Counted from the stretch's first letter, positions 39,532 through 50,374 are shown. The stretch is DNA of 64,000 nucleotides from an uncultured delta proteobacterium (GCA_963841435.1 CAWJCS010000003.1:160001-224000); one strand, 5' to 3'. Program-made: numbers and translations. Notes: generated by a model from the letters alone, not told the origin.

Positions 39532-40872
39532 ATGCTCGGGGTCCCCGTCCGACGCTCGCTCGCGCTCTTGCTGTTCGTGGCGGCGGCGCTCGTCGGGGGG
39601 GTGGCACACGCCGGTGGCACGTACGTTCACGGGCGCATCGAGGGCGTCATCAATCCCGTGAAGCAGCGCTACGTCGAACGAGTGCTCGCGCGGGCCGGCG
39701 AAGAGCATGCCGCGTTCGTGGTGTTCTCGATCGACACGCCGGGCGGGCTCGTGACGTCGCTCGAGGGGATCACGACGGCGATCACGAACGCCCCCCTGCC
39801 CGTCGTCGGCTTCGTCGAGCCCAAGACGGCGCAAGCGACCTCGGCGGGCGCGTTCATCCTGCTCGCGACCGACGTCGCCGCGATGGCCCCGAGCACGCGC
39901 GTCGGCGCGGCGCATCCCGTTGCGGCCGGCAAACCGCTCGAGGGGGCGCTCGACGACAAGGCGACGAACAGCCTTTCGTCGCTTGCGCGCTCGCTCGCGG
40001 AGCGGCGCGGCCGTCCAATGGCGGCCGCCGAGGCGATGGTCCGCGAGTCCAAGAGCTTCACCGAGCAAGAAGCACAGAAGGCCGGCCTCATCGAGATCCT
40101 CGCCGTCAACGACGTGCACCTGCTTCGCGAGCTCGAGGGTCGCAAGGTCGAGGTGCACGGCCAGGCGCGCGCGCTGACGACGCGCGGCATTTCGGAAATC
40201 GTGGTGCCCATGTCGCGCGTCGAGCGCCTGCTCGACGTCCTCGCCGATCCCACGCTGGCCTCGCTGTTGCTCACGCTCGGCGTGCTCGGCGTCCTCTACG
40301 AGCTTTCGTCGCCGGGCATCGGCGCCGCAGGGATCGTGGGCACCGTGAGCCTGTTGCTCGGCTTGCTCGCCATGTCGGTATTGCCGTTCGGGGTCGGCGG
40401 GCTCGCGCTGCTCGGCGTGGGGGTTGCCGCCATCGCGGTCGAAATCAAGGTGCCGTCGCACGGCATCGTCGCGACGGGCGGGGTCGTCGCGCTGACGCTC
40501 GGCGCGCTGTTCCTCGTCGACCCTGGCCGGTATTTCGGCGGCGAAGCGCGCGTGAGCCTCGGCTGGGTGGTGCCGCTCGTCGGCGGAACGGTGCTCGGCC
40601 TCGTGCTTCTCGCGCGGAGCGCACGGAAAGCGCTCGACGCGCCGTTCGTCACGGGCGAGACGGCGCTCGTGGGCCGGACGGGCATTGCCAAGGCGGGCTT
40701 CGTCGGGGCGGGCAACGAATTCTCGGGAACCGTGCTGGTCGACGGCGCGCGCTGGCAGGCGTTTTCGCCCGCGACCGTCGGCGCGGGCGACGGTATCGTC
40801 GTCACGGCCGTGCATCATGCGCCGCTCAGGCTAGAAGTGCGGCTGGCGAGCCGCTCCGGCGAGATGGGCTAG
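39532..40872 (+). CDS. nfeD: NfeD long form (membrane serine protease)
   Basis: IDTPGG, ATSAG, GAAHPV, TM block, C-terminal OB-like VDGARWQA; upstream of an SPFH gene. Confidence 0.9.
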   Translation: MLGVPVRRSLALLLFVAAALVGGVAHAGGTYVHGRIEGVINPVKQRYVERVLARAGEEHAAFVVFSIDTPGGLVTSLEGITTAITNAPLPVVGFVEPKTAQATSAGAFILLATDVAAMAPSTRVGAAHPVAAGKPLEGALDDKATNSLSSLARSLAERRGRPMAAAEAMVRESKSFTEQEAQKAGLIEILAVNDVHLLRELEGRKVEVHGQARALTTRGISEIVVPMSRVERLLDVLADPTLASLLLTLGVLGVLYELSSPGIGAAGIVGTVSLLLGLLAMSVLPFGVGGLALLGVGVAAIAVEIKVPSHGIVATGGVVALTLGALFLVDPGRYFGGEARVSLGWVVPLVGGTVLGLVLLARSARKALDAPFVTGETALVGRTGIAKAGFVGAGNEFSGTVLVDGARWQAFSPATVGAGDGIVVTAVHHAPLRLEVRLASRSGEMG

Positions 40873-40911
40873 CAGAACTGCGCGCGCTCCGGCGCGCACA
40901 AGGAGAAAAGC

Positions 40912-41685
40912 ATGGATTCGATGATCATCTCGATGAGCTTGCTGACGTTCTTCGGCTTGCTCGTGCTCCTGAAGTCGATCCGCATCGTCAACGAGTACGA
41001 GCGCGGCGTCGTGTTCCGCTTGGGCCGGGTGGCACAGGGCAACCTGAAGGGACCGGGCCTCCGGCTGCTCTGGCCGTTCATCGATCGCATGATCAAGGTG
41101 GATCTTCGCACGGTGACGCACGATGTCCCACCGCAGGAGGTCATCACCAAGGACAACGTCACCATCAAGGTGAACGCCGTCATCTACTTCAACGTGATGG
41201 CCCCCATCGACGCCGTCATCAAGATCGCGAACTACTACATGGCGACGTCGCTCTACGCGCAGACGACGCTCAGAAACATCCTGGGCCAGCACGAGCTCGA
41301 CGAGATCCTCGCCGAGCGCGAAAAAATCGGTGCTTCCCTGCAGACCATCATCGACGAGGCGACGGACGCCTGGGGCATCAAGGTGTCGGCCGTCGAGATC
41401 AAGGACATCGAGCTGCCGGAGGTGATGCGCCGCGCCATGGCCCGCCAGGCCGAAGCCGAGCGCGAGCGCCGCGCCAAGGTCATCGCGGCCGACGGCGAAT
41501 TCCAGTCCTCGCAGAAGCTCCACGAAGCCGCACAGGTGCTCGCCCAGACCCCGAGCGCCATGCAGCTCCGCTACCTGCAAACGCTCGTCGAGATCGGCGT
41601 CGAGAACTCCACGACCGTGGTGTTCCCCCTGCCCATCGAGCTCACGAGCGCCTTCCAGGCCGTGCTCCAGAAGCAGTCGCGCTGA
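40912..41685 (+). CDS. SPFH/stomatin-like (slipin) protein
   Basis: [40 protein letters not shown]. Confidence 0.95.
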   Translation: MDSMIISMSLLTFFGLLVLLKSIRIVNEYERGVVFRLGRVAQGNLKGPGLRLLWPFIDRMIKVDLRTVTHDVPPQEVITKDNVTIKVNAVIYFNVMAPIDAVIKIANYYMATSLYAQTTLRNILGQHELDEILAEREKIGASLQTIIDEATDAWGIKVSAVEIKDIELPEVMRRAMARQAEAERERRAKVIAADGEFQSSQKLHEAAQVLAQTPSAMQLRYLQTLVEIGVENSTTVVFPLPIELTSAFQAVLQKQSR

Positions 41686-41792
41686 ACGCTATTTTTTCCA
41701 CCAGTCTTTGGCAGGAGCAGATATCGAGCGGCGCGAGTCGCAACGAGCCTGGTCGGAAACCGGCGAAGCGGGGAGTAGCAAAAGGGGGGGCG

Positions 41793-41926
41793 GTGTCCGG
41801 ACACGCCCAGAACATGATCGGGGCCTGCGATCACGGGCGTGGACACGGCACGGCACGGTAAAAACCCGAAAGCACGGCCCCTTCGTGTCGGATGGCGCGG
41901 GCAGCGAGAGTGGCCCGCAACGTGCA
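41793..41926 (+). promoter_or_regulatory. Candidate activator palindrome plus sigma54 promoter
   Basis: GTGTCCGGACAC palindrome (41793-41804), extra GGACAC at 41841, and TGGCCCG-CAAC-GTGCA at 41911-41926. Confidence 0.4.
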
Positions 41927-41959
41927 CTTCGCCTCCGCTCGAGGAGCCAGTCAATCACC

Positions 41960-42682
41960 ATGTTCAAACTCATCTCGACGGTACCGTTCATTTTGGCAGC
42001 CGGTCTCGCGACCGCTTGTGGCGGGAGCGACCCCACGGGGCGCGGCGGCGACTTCATCGACCATCCCGAGGGGTTTCCCTTCGTGGTCGTCGCCGTCGCC
42101 GTTTCCGATCTTTGCCCCGGCAACGCCGCCGAGTCGTGTGCGCTCGCCCGCAACCCGCCGCGAGGGGCGACACAGGTGTTCCTCACCCAGCCGGAGTCGG
42201 GCAAGATCTGCATGCAGGGAAGCATCGGCAAAGGAGGTTGGGCTTTCACCGTTCTCTCGTTCACCGAGTACTCGGACACCGGCGTGGTGAGCACCTTCAA
42301 CGCCGAGAAGCTCGGCATCACGCAGGTGTCGTTCACGCTCGAAACACCCCCGGCGAGAGGCCTCTCGCTCATGGCGTCTGTGATCAAACAGTATAGTTGC
42401 GAGCCTCCCGGCGCCGCCTGCCGGCTTGGCGGATTCTACTTCACGGATTCCTACTCCAAGGACGTCGTGCCCTTCACTCACACGCAGAAGGTCGTCGCTC
42501 CCTTCGCTAATTTCGTGCAGCAATATCCCGAGACAGGGAGCAAGACGTTCGACACGACTGTTCTCGACGGCGTCTACTTCGAAAGCGGGGACGCTGGCCC
42601 CATCGATTTCTGCGTGTCGGATTTCGAGTTCCTCGACAAGGACGGGAAAGTCGTCGAGCCACCAGCGACCCCGGCGTCGTGA
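41960..42682 (+). CDS. Lipoprotein with CBM-like jelly-roll domain
   Basis: Lipobox ATAC; ends FDTTVLDGVYFE...IDFCVSDFEFL, similar to the genes at 46625 and 47467. Confidence 0.68.
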   Translation: MFKLISTVPFILAAGLATACGGSDPTGRGGDFIDHPEGFPFVVVAVAVSDLCPGNAAESCALARNPPRGATQVFLTQPESGKICMQGSIGKGGWAFTVLSFTEYSDTGVVSTFNAEKLGITQVSFTLETPPARGLSLMASVIKQYSCEPPGAACRLGGFYFTDSYSKDVVPFTHTQKVVAPFANFVQQYPETGSKTFDTTVLDGVYFESGDAGPIDFCVSDFEFLDKDGKVVEPPATPAS

Positions 42683-42719
42683 GCGTCCCCCACCGAGGAC
42701 CTCGGGCGTCGTGGCAGCG

Positions 42720-44153
42720 TCACTCGTCGTCGGACTGACGAATCGACTGAAGATCCACCGACCCGATCTTCTCCATCAAACGATACAAGCGGCCGCGGCT
42801 GATGCCGAGGCTCACCGCGGCTCGCTTGACGTTGCCGCGCTCGCTACGAAGCGCCAAAACGACGGCGGCGGGATCAGGATTGGGGCTCTCGCCGCCCGGA
42901 GGCAGGCTGCCCCGGCCACCTCCGGCGCCACCCGCCCCTCCGTCGAGCGCGCCTGCGCGCTGCCGCTCGCCGGGACTCTCGCCGCCTGCCTGCTGCGCCG
43001 CAGGCGGGCGCTCCGTGCCCTCCCCGCTGCCGAGCTGCTCGGAAAGCATGCTCACGTCGAGCACCGGCTCACTCGGGTGGAGCGCGAGCAGCCGACGCGT
43101 GAAAAGCGAAAGCTCGCGAACGTTGAACGGCCAGTCGTGTGCGCACAGCCGCTCGACGAGGCGCGGATCGAAGCGGGGCACGGCCGCACCGCTCCGCCCT
43201 CGCTCGACGAGCTTCGCGAACAGGAACGGAACCTCTTCGACGCGCTCGCGCAGCGCGGGAATCGCGACCGTGAGCCCATCGAGCCGCGCGAGCAAATCGC
43301 CGCGAAAGCGCTTTTCTTCGACCGCCTGACGCAGGGGGCCCTGCGCCGCCGCCAAGAATCGCACGTCGATCGACACGGGCTTCGACTCGCCGAGCGGCAC
43401 GACCTCGCGCTGCTCGACGGCGCGCAAGAGCTTCGCCTGGAGGGGCAGGGTGAGATCCGCGATCTCGTCGAGCAGCAGCGTGCCCCCGTTGACCGAGCGC
43501 AAGAAACCAGCGTGCGCCCGCTCCGCGCCCGAGAACGCACCCTTCCTGTAACCGAACAGTTCGCCTTCGGCGAGCGCCTCTGGAAGCGCCGCGCAGTTGA
43601 CGGCCAAGAAGGGCCCGCTGCGCCCACTCCATGCGGCGATCGCCCGCGCGGCGCCCTCCTTGCCGGCACCGGTCTCCCCTTGGATGATCATCGGCAGGTC
43701 CGTCTTTGCAGCGCGTTCGGCCGGAGCGAGCGCGGCCAGCAGCGCGGGCCCTGCAAAGTAGCCCGGCACGACCTCCCGGAACGCCCACGCCGTCGAGCCG
43801 TCGGCGGGCAACGCCGTGAGCACGCCGATGAAGTCGCCGATGCGCAGGACGTCACGCACCCGGAGCGGCGCCTGCTTCACGCGCCGCGCGTTGACGAACA
43901 CGCCGTTCGTGCTCTCGAGGTCCCTGAGCATCGGGACGCTCCCCGGCGACCAGCGGATTTCGGCGTGCTTGCGCGAGACGGACGCGCTCGGCAGACAGCC
44001 TGCGCAGGTGGTGTCGCGACCGAACAGTGTCGCCCCGGTTTCGAGCCGGGTGATGCTGCCGTCACTCGACGGGAACACCCAGCGGATCGCCAGGTGAGCG
44101 GCTTCGTTCGGGCTCCCCACGACGGCGTCGGGGACGGTCGTTTCCAGGGCCAA
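42720..44153 (-). CDS. FHA-domain sigma54-dependent transcriptional activator
   Basis: FHA FGRD...VSRKHA...STNGVFVN; GETGAGKE, GAFSGA, LDEIADL, WPFNVREL; Fis-type HTH GNVKRAAVSLGISRGRLYR. Start approximate. Confidence 0.9.
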   Translation of the reverse strand: MALETTVPDAVVGSPNEAAHLAIRWVFPSSDGSITRLETGATLFGRDTTCAGCLPSASVSRKHAEIRWSPGSVPMLRDLESTNGVFVNARRVKQAPLRVRDVLRIGDFIGVLTALPADGSTAWAFREVVPGYFAGPALLAALAPAERAAKTDLPMIIQGETGAGKEGAARAIAAWSGRSGPFLAVNCAALPEALAEGELFGYRKGAFSGAERAHAGFLRSVNGGTLLLDEIADLTLPLQAKLLRAVEQREVVPLGESKPVSIDVRFLAAAQGPLRQAVEEKRFRGDLLARLDGLTVAIPALRERVEEVPFLFAKLVERGRSGAAVPRFDPRLVERLCAHDWPFNVRELSLFTRRLLALHPSEPVLDVSMLSEQLGSGEGTERPPAAQQAGGESPGERQRAGALDGGAGGAGGGRGSLPPGGESPNPDPAAVVLALRSERGNVKRAAVSLGISRGRLYRLMEKIGSVDLQSIRQSDDE

Positions 44154-44260
44154 TCGAAAGGGAGCATGCGCGAACCGCGGCGCATTGCCAACCTCGGCGA
44201 CGTTTGTTTCGAAAGAGAACCAGTCTTGACGCTTTCGGGCGGCCAACGCTTCATGCTTCG

Positions 44261-45634
44261 GTGGCGACCGAAAACCCGGCCTCGCGCGGCACGCTCCTCG
44301 AGCTCGAGGGCAGCGTGTTCGACGACCGGTTTCGGATCGAGGACCGCATCGCCGAGGGTGGCTTTGCGATCGTCTACCGTGCCTGGCAGATCGCGCTCGA
44401 GCGGCGTGTGGCGCTCAAGGTGCTGAAACCACCCAAGAATCAGGACCGTGCCGCGCGCGCAGAGTTCCGCGAGAAGTTCGCGATCGAAGCCAAGACGATC
44501 GCCCGCCTCCGCCATCCTCACATCGTCAACGTGTACGACTTCTCCGTCGCAACGCTGCCGACGGGTGAAATCGCGCCGTGGATGGCGCTCGAGTGGCTCG
44601 AGGGTGAGACGCTCGCCACCCATCTCGAACGGCGGCGCCAGAACGGTGAGCGCGGCCGGCAGCCGGCCGAGGCTCTCGACTTTTTGCACCCCGTGCTCGA
44701 GGCGCTCGCCCACGCGCACGAGCACGGCATTGCCCACCGCGACATCAAGCCGTCGAACATCATGGTGACCCAGACGCCGAACGGAACCTCGCTGCGCGTC
44801 CTCGACTTCGGCATCGCCAAGATCATGCTCGACGAGCAGACCCCGAACACCGGCAACACCCGCACGGAGGGTACGCCCGCGTTCTCGCCGGCCTACGCGG
44901 CGCCAGAGCAGGTCGCGTTCTCGCGCACGGGGCCGTGGACGGACGTGCACGCCCTCGGGTTGATGTTGACCGAGCTAATGACGGACGAGCCGCCGTTTTC
45001 CGATGCGGACCCCGATGCCCACCTGTTCGAGCAGGTGATGGCGCGGTCCCGCCCGACCCCAGCGAGCAAGGGGCGCAGCGTCGGAGCGTTCGAACCCGTG
45101 CTTTCGAAGGCCCTTTCGCTTTCGCCACGCGACCGTTATCGCAGCGCGGGAGAGCTCTTGCTCGCGCTCGACGCTGCGAAGGCAAACGCGGACACGTTCG
45201 TCGCCGGCATCGCGGACACCGCACCCGCGACCTTCGTCCCGGACGCCGTGCATTCGCCCGGCAAACGCGCGGCGCGTCGTCGGACGCTCGCGCTCATGGC
45301 GGCCGGAATTCTCGCCACGGCAATTGCGATCCTGGGCGCACGCGGCGCATTCTCCACCAAGGAGGAAGCTCCACCGATCGCCCGCGAGCCCTCCGCAACC
45401 GCGGCATCGACTCCCCAGGCGCCACCAACGAGCGGGCCGCCTCGCGAGGCAGCGCCGTCGTCCGTGCCCGCCGCCGCTCCCTCGCCGAGCGAGGCACCGT
45501 CGGTCGCTCGCGCAAGCCTCCCGCCGCCGCCGAAGGCGCCGAAGCCCCGGCGCAACGGCAAGCCGACTGCCCCTTCTGCCGCGCCTCCCGCGGCGCTGAG
45601 CGACGGAAGAGATCTCTTCAATGACACGAAGTGA
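44261..45634 (+). CDS. Membrane Ser/Thr protein kinase
   Basis: AEGGFA, VALK, HRDIKPSN, DFG, APE; TM segment, then Pro-rich tail. Start is 44261 or 44204. Confidence 0.9.
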   Translation: MATENPASRGTLLELEGSVFDDRFRIEDRIAEGGFAIVYRAWQIALERRVALKVLKPPKNQDRAARAEFREKFAIEAKTIARLRHPHIVNVYDFSVATLPTGEIAPWMALEWLEGETLATHLERRRQNGERGRQPAEALDFLHPVLEALAHAHEHGIAHRDIKPSNIMVTQTPNGTSLRVLDFGIAKIMLDEQTPNTGNTRTEGTPAFSPAYAAPEQVAFSRTGPWTDVHALGLMLTELMTDEPPFSDADPDAHLFEQVMARSRPTPASKGRSVGAFEPVLSKALSLSPRDRYRSAGELLLALDAAKANADTFVAGIADTAPATFVPDAVHSPGKRAARRRTLALMAAGILATAIAILGARGAFSTKEEAPPIAREPSATAASTPQAPPTSGPPREAAPSSVPAAAPSPSEAPSVARASLPPPPKAPKPRRNGKPTAPSAAPPAALSDGRDLFNDTK

Positions 45635-46628
45635 TTCGAGAGCGGCGATTTTCCTCGCGCTCGGCGTGCTCCTCACGGTCACGCGGACGCACGCGGCGGG
45701 GCGCGACGAGGCCGGTGCCCGCACGCTGTTCGCCGAGGGAAGAAAGCTGGTGGACGACGGCAACTACCCGGACGCCTGTCCCAAGTTCGAGGAGAGCCTG
45801 CGGCTCGATCCCGGCACGGGAACGAGCTTCAACCTGGCCGACTGTCTCGAGCACATCGGCCGCACTGCGAGCGCCTGGGCGCGCTTCCTCGACGTGGCGG
45901 CGGCGAGCAAGGCTGCCGGACAGCCCGAGCGCGAGCAAATCGCCCGCGTGCGCGCCGAAAAGCTCGAGCCCACGCTCTCGCGGCTCGTCATCCAGGTGGC
46001 AACGCGAACGCGGGGCCTCGTCGTCGAGCGCGACGGCGTGGTGGTCGGAGCTGCATCGTGGGGCGTTGCCGTGCCCGTCGATCCCGGCGAGCACCGCCTT
46101 CGCGCGACCGCCGACGGCAGGCGACCCTGGGAGGACACGACGAGCGTGCCGCCCGGGCCCGGCACCGTGGTCCTCTCGATTCCAGTGCTGGAGAATCTGC
46201 CGCCCGAGCCGCACCCGGCGCCCGCGGCGAAGCCCGCGCCGACGCCGGCGGCGAGGGATGCCGAGCCCACGAGCAGGATCTCGGTTCCCGTGGTGGCGCT
46301 CGCGGCCGTGAGCGCCGCGGGACTGGCGACGACGGTGATATTCGGGCTGCAGGCCCGGTCGGAAAATGCGAAAGCCTTGGCGCTCTGCCCAGGGAGCAGC
46401 TGCGCCACCGCGGGCGAGAAGACAGAGCACGACGGGCTCGCCGGCGACGCGCGCCGCGATCGGACGGTGTCGTACGTCGGAGCGGGCATCGCGGGCGCGG
46501 CGCTCGTCGCGGCCGTCTACCTGTGGTGGGCACCGTTCGACGGGCCCAAGGCGAAGCAGCCGACCCTGCAGGCGGCGCTCCGGCCACTCCTCCGCCCGCC
46601 CGTCGCGGGGCTCGAGGTCGCGTGGTGA
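45621..46628 (+). CDS. Exported TPR plus PEGA-like protein
   Basis: Signal peptide; ARTLFAEGR...ACPKFEESLRLDP...NLADC; VPVDPGEHRL; hydrophobic C-terminus ending GLEVAW. Confidence 0.8.
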   Translation: MTRSDSRAAIFLALGVLLTVTRTHAAGRDEAGARTLFAEGRKLVDDGNYPDACPKFEESLRLDPGTGTSFNLADCLEHIGRTASAWARFLDVAAASKAAGQPEREQIARVRAEKLEPTLSRLVIQVATRTRGLVVERDGVVVGAASWGVAVPVDPGEHRLRATADGRRPWEDTTSVPPGPGTVVLSIPVLENLPPEPHPAPAAKPAPTPAARDAEPTSRISVPVVALAAVSAAGLATTVIFGLQARSENAKALALCPGSSCATAGEKTEHDGLAGDARRDRTVSYVGAGIAGAALVAAVYLWWAPFDGPKAKQPTLQAALRPLLRPPVAGLEVAW

Positions 46629-47470
46629 CGCGACGCGCGACGACGGGTTGCGTGGCACCACGACGCGAGCCGGCCGTGGCGCACCACTTGGTAGCCGTGA
46701 CGCTGATCGCGACGGCAGCCTGCTCCATCGACGATCGGTCCGTCATCGTGGCCGGCGCAAGCGGCGACACCGCAGACGGCGGTGCCGGCGCAGGCGGCGA
46801 GTCGGGCGGTGCGGGCATCGGCAGCGGCGGCGAGGGCGCGCCCGTGATGCTCTGCACGGGCGTCCCGCTCGTCACCTATGTCATCACGGACTTCTCGGAC
46901 GCCGTAGAGAACATCGACGACGAGCAGAAACCGGGCGTCGGCTTCGATTTCCAGGACCTTCCCCAGGGCGGCGAGTCCTTCACGTACTACCTATTCGGTC
47001 TCGACCCTCCGCTGCTGTCGCTTTCGAATCGGGGAGGAAACAAGGAGCTCCATGTCGTCGCGAATCCGCTCCGCCCCATCAGCAGCAACATCTCGATCGT
47101 GGGCCTGGGGCTCGGTTGGCTTCGCTGTTACGACGCCACGGGCTACCGCGGCATCTCGTTCCGCCTCGAAGGCTCCCTCGGCACCTGCACGCTCAGCGTT
47201 GGCGCGCAAATCGCAGAAAATACGATCGTCCGACTCAATTCGGCGTCCGCCTGTGAGCGCGAGGCCGACTGCTACGCTCCACAGTCGCCTTCCCTGCCCT
47301 CGACCGAAGGCACGCACGAGGTCGCGTTTGCCGACATGGCGAACGGCAGCCCGATGCCCGATGTCGATGCAACGCGCATCGTCGGCGTCAATTTCCAGCT
47401 TCACGTTCCGGTCGAAGGCCCACCGTGCGAGGCCGACTTCACGCTCGATGACGTGGCGTTCTATCGATGA
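46625..47470 (+). CDS. Lipoprotein with CBM11/CIA30-like domain
   Basis: Lipobox TAAC-SIDDR; CYDATGYRGISFRLEG...VDATRIVGVNFQ...FTLDDVAFY. Confidence 0.72.
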   Translation: MTRRATTGCVAPRREPAVAHHLVAVTLIATAACSIDDRSVIVAGASGDTADGGAGAGGESGGAGIGSGGEGAPVMLCTGVPLVTYVITDFSDAVENIDDEQKPGVGFDFQDLPQGGESFTYYLFGLDPPLLSLSNRGGNKELHVVANPLRPISSNISIVGLGLGWLRCYDATGYRGISFRLEGSLGTCTLSVGAQIAENTIVRLNSASACEREADCYAPQSPSLPSTEGTHEVAFADMANGSPMPDVDATRIVGVNFQLHVPVEGPPCEADFTLDDVAFYR

Positions 47471-48178
47471 AGACGTCCGCTGTCGTTCTGCTCTTCGTTG
47501 TCTCGGCCTGCGGGATCGACGACCGCCACGTCGAGCTCAACGCCTACTGCGTCGCGCCGCCCCCCGACGGCACCATTGCCGACTTTTCCGAGGCCACAAC
47601 GGGCGGCTGCCCTGCCGGGTACTGCGCGGCAGAGCTCGTCGGGCAGCAAGCAGTCTCGCTCGGCGAGGGAACGTACGCAGGGCTCGTCTATCCCTACGCC
47701 CCCATCGATCTACGCTTCATCGACCTTGGAACCCCCGCGCCGCCGGAGACCGCGCCCGTCCCTGCCCTCTGGGCGGCCCTGGATTCGGGACCGGCCCCCT
47801 CCGGGTCATCGGAGCCGGACGGCATGGCGCTGCGCTTCGTCGACTGTGTTGAACGTCTTCGCCTCCAGCTCGCTCAGCTTCACTACGCAGGTGCTCGACG
47901 GTAGCCTCGAGAGCTGCCCGTTCCGGGTCGCTCTCCAGTTCATGCGCCCCCACGAAAAGACCTTCGACGACACGTTGCCGCTCGACGAATACGACGGGGC
48001 GGTCATCGTGCCCGTCGCCGAAGGCACGACGACGCTGCGCCTGGCCGAGCACGTGCCAGCCGACGGGTCAACTGCTCTCGCCGGAATGCAGTGGGAGTTC
48101 ACGGTCTCTCCCGCGGCGTCAACGCGCTGCAGCGCCTTCCTGACGATCGACGACATCCGACTGACGACCACGCCCTGA
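47467..48178 (+). CDS. Paralogous CBM-like lipoprotein, frameshifted near 47850
   Basis: Lipobox VSAC-GIDDR; a +1 shift continues NVFASSSLSF...LAGMQWEF...FLTIDDIRL. Confidence 0.68.
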
Positions 48179-48235
48179 GGAGGCGCCCTTCGAGCTTTAG
48201 TTTGCGGCGCCCCACGCGCGCCCGCTCCGTTCCGA

Positions 48236-49208
48236 TCAGTACCAGGCTGCTCCCGCGGTCGGGAGGGCACCGGCCAGCAGCCGACGCGCTTCGGTGAAGT
48301 CGAGCTCGAATCTGAGCCTTGAGCGCATCGAGGCTCTCGAACTTTCGCTCGTCGCGCAGGCGCGCGACGAGGTGCAAGCGGAGCGCCTTGCCGTAGAGCT
48401 CCGCGCTGAAATCGAGGAGGTGGGCCTCGACGCTGAAGCCACCCGAAACCGTGGGACGATTGCCGACGTTGACGGCGGCCGGAGCCAGGGCGCGAGCGCC
48501 GCTTTCCGAGAGCTCGTCGACCAGGCAGGCGTACACACCATTCGGCGGGAGGGCTTCGACGATGCCGTCGAGATTCGCCGTGGGGGCGCCGATGGTGCGG
48601 CCGCGACCCGCACCCTGGACGACGTTGCCCGTGAGGGCGTGGGGACGGCCGAGCCCTCGCGTCACCTCCACGAGGTCGCCCTGCTTGAGCGCTTCGCGGA
48701 TGCGCGAGCTCGAGAACGCGCCGTTCGCATCGCCGAACAGCCGCTCGGCGCGCGCGTCGAAGCCGAGCCGCGCGCCGACCTCGCGCAGGAGAGCTAGGTC
48801 GCCGCGACGCCCGCGGCCGAAGCGGAAATCTTCGCCGACCATCACGACGCGGGCACCGAGCGCGCCGGCGAGCAGTCGCTCGGCGAAGACCTCGGCGTCG
48901 AGCGCCGCGAGCTCGAGCGTGAACGGCTCCACCACGACGGTGAGCTCGGGGCACAGCCTGAGCATGAGCTCGATCTTTCGCTCGGGCGGCGTGAGAACGG
49001 GGAGCTTGCCGCGACCGAGCACCTCCGACGGGTGCGGATCGAAGGTGAGCGCGACCGGCTCGATGCCGAGACCTTTCGCGTCGCGGGCAGCGGCCTCGAG
49101 CACGGCGCGATGGCCACGATGGACGCCGTCGAAATTGCCGATCACGACGAGCGTCGAGCGCGGGGCTCTACCCGGGCCAAGCGCTCCATCGACGCGGCGT
49201 ACGGTCAC
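48236..49208 (-). CDS. ribF: Bifunctional riboflavin kinase/FAD synthetase, frameshift near 48310
   Basis: GNFDGVHRGH, TFDPHP, GEDFRFG, SSSRIR, GAPTAN, GNRPT, VEAHLLDF; the C-terminus QIELDFTEARRLL lies in the shifted frame. Confidence 0.93.
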
Positions 49209-49336
49209 GGCGCCCGTTTACTACGGCGCGCCGAGGCCGGCCAAGCCGCGCCTCCCGGGGCCATGGCGAGCGTCTGTTCGGGCCCGCTGCCGGGACGCTT
49301 GCCGCTCGGCCCCCGCGACGCTACCCGTCTCGAAAC

Positions 49337-50374
49337 ATGACCCCCGACCAAGCGCTGGCCGAGGCCCAGAAGGGCGAGCTCAGGCCGGTGTACCTGCTCG
49401 TGGGAGACGAGCCGTACCTCGAGGCGCAGGTCCTCGGAGCGCTCAAGCGTGCCGCGACCGAGGGCGGCATCCCGGGCCTCAACGACGAAATCCTGAACGC
49501 CTCGGACACCCCGGTCGACCGGGTGCTCGCGGCCGCGCGCACGCTGCCCATGATGGCCAAGCGTAGGCTCGTGATCGTACGAGGCCTCGAGCGCTGGGAG
49601 CCACGCGAGGGGGTCGATCGAAAGGGGCCCGACCCGTTCGAGCGCTTGCTCGACTACGCGAAGGACCCGACGCCGAGCACGCTGCTCGTGCTCTCGGGCG
49701 GCGGGCTCGACAAACGGCGACGCTTCGTTACGCAGAGCAAGCAGCTCGGCTTCCTGGTGAGCTGCGAGACCCTCGAGCGTTCGGCGTTGCCCGCCTGGAT
49801 CCAGCGTACGGTGAAGGAACGGGGCGCGCGCATCGCGCACGACGTTTCGGATCTGGTAGCGGAGCTCGCGGGGCCGGAGCTCGCGCCCGTCGCGGACGCC
49901 GTCGAGCGCCTGTGCCTTTACGTGGGAACGGGCGAAATCACCGAGGACGCCGTCGCGGAGTGCGTCGTGAGGCTCCGGCCTTCGACGGTCTGGGAGCTCG
50001 TGGGCGCCGTCGGGCGCAGGGACGTAGGCGCGGCGCTCGCGGCGCTTCATCGCGTCTACGACCCGGCCGATCGAGGGCTCCGACTCGTGGGCGTGCTCGC
50101 CTGGTCAACGCGGCAGCTTATCCGGTTCGAGGCGGCGCTACGCTCGGGGTCGAAGCCCGGCGACGCGGCCATCAAGGCGGGAGCGCCTCCGTTCAAGGCG
50201 CGCGAGCTCGCCGAGCAGGTCAAGGGCCTCGACCGCGCCGACCTCGAGCGCTTCCTGCTCTGCCTCACGGAGCTCGACCTGAGCCTCAAGGGCGGCTCGA
50301 AGCGCGCGCCCGTGGCGTCGCTCACCTACAGCGTGCTCGAGCTATGCCGCGCGGGCCGTAGCGCCTCGGCTTAG
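49337..50374 (+). CDS. holA: DNA polymerase III delta subunit
   Basis: LRPVYLLVGDEPYL, TLPMMAKRRLVIV, VERLCLY, DLSLKGG. Confidence 0.88.
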   Translation: MTPDQALAEAQKGELRPVYLLVGDEPYLEAQVLGALKRAATEGGIPGLNDEILNASDTPVDRVLAAARTLPMMAKRRLVIVRGLERWEPREGVDRKGPDPFERLLDYAKDPTPSTLLVLSGGGLDKRRRFVTQSKQLGFLVSCETLERSALPAWIQRTVKERGARIAHDVSDLVAELAGPELAPVADAVERLCLYVGTGEITEDAVAECVVRLRPSTVWELVGAVGRRDVGAALAALHRVYDPADRGLRLVGVLAWSTRQLIRFEAALRSGSKPGDAAIKAGAPPFKARELAEQVKGLDRADLERFLLCLTELDLSLKGGSKRAPVASLTYSVLELCRAGRSASA

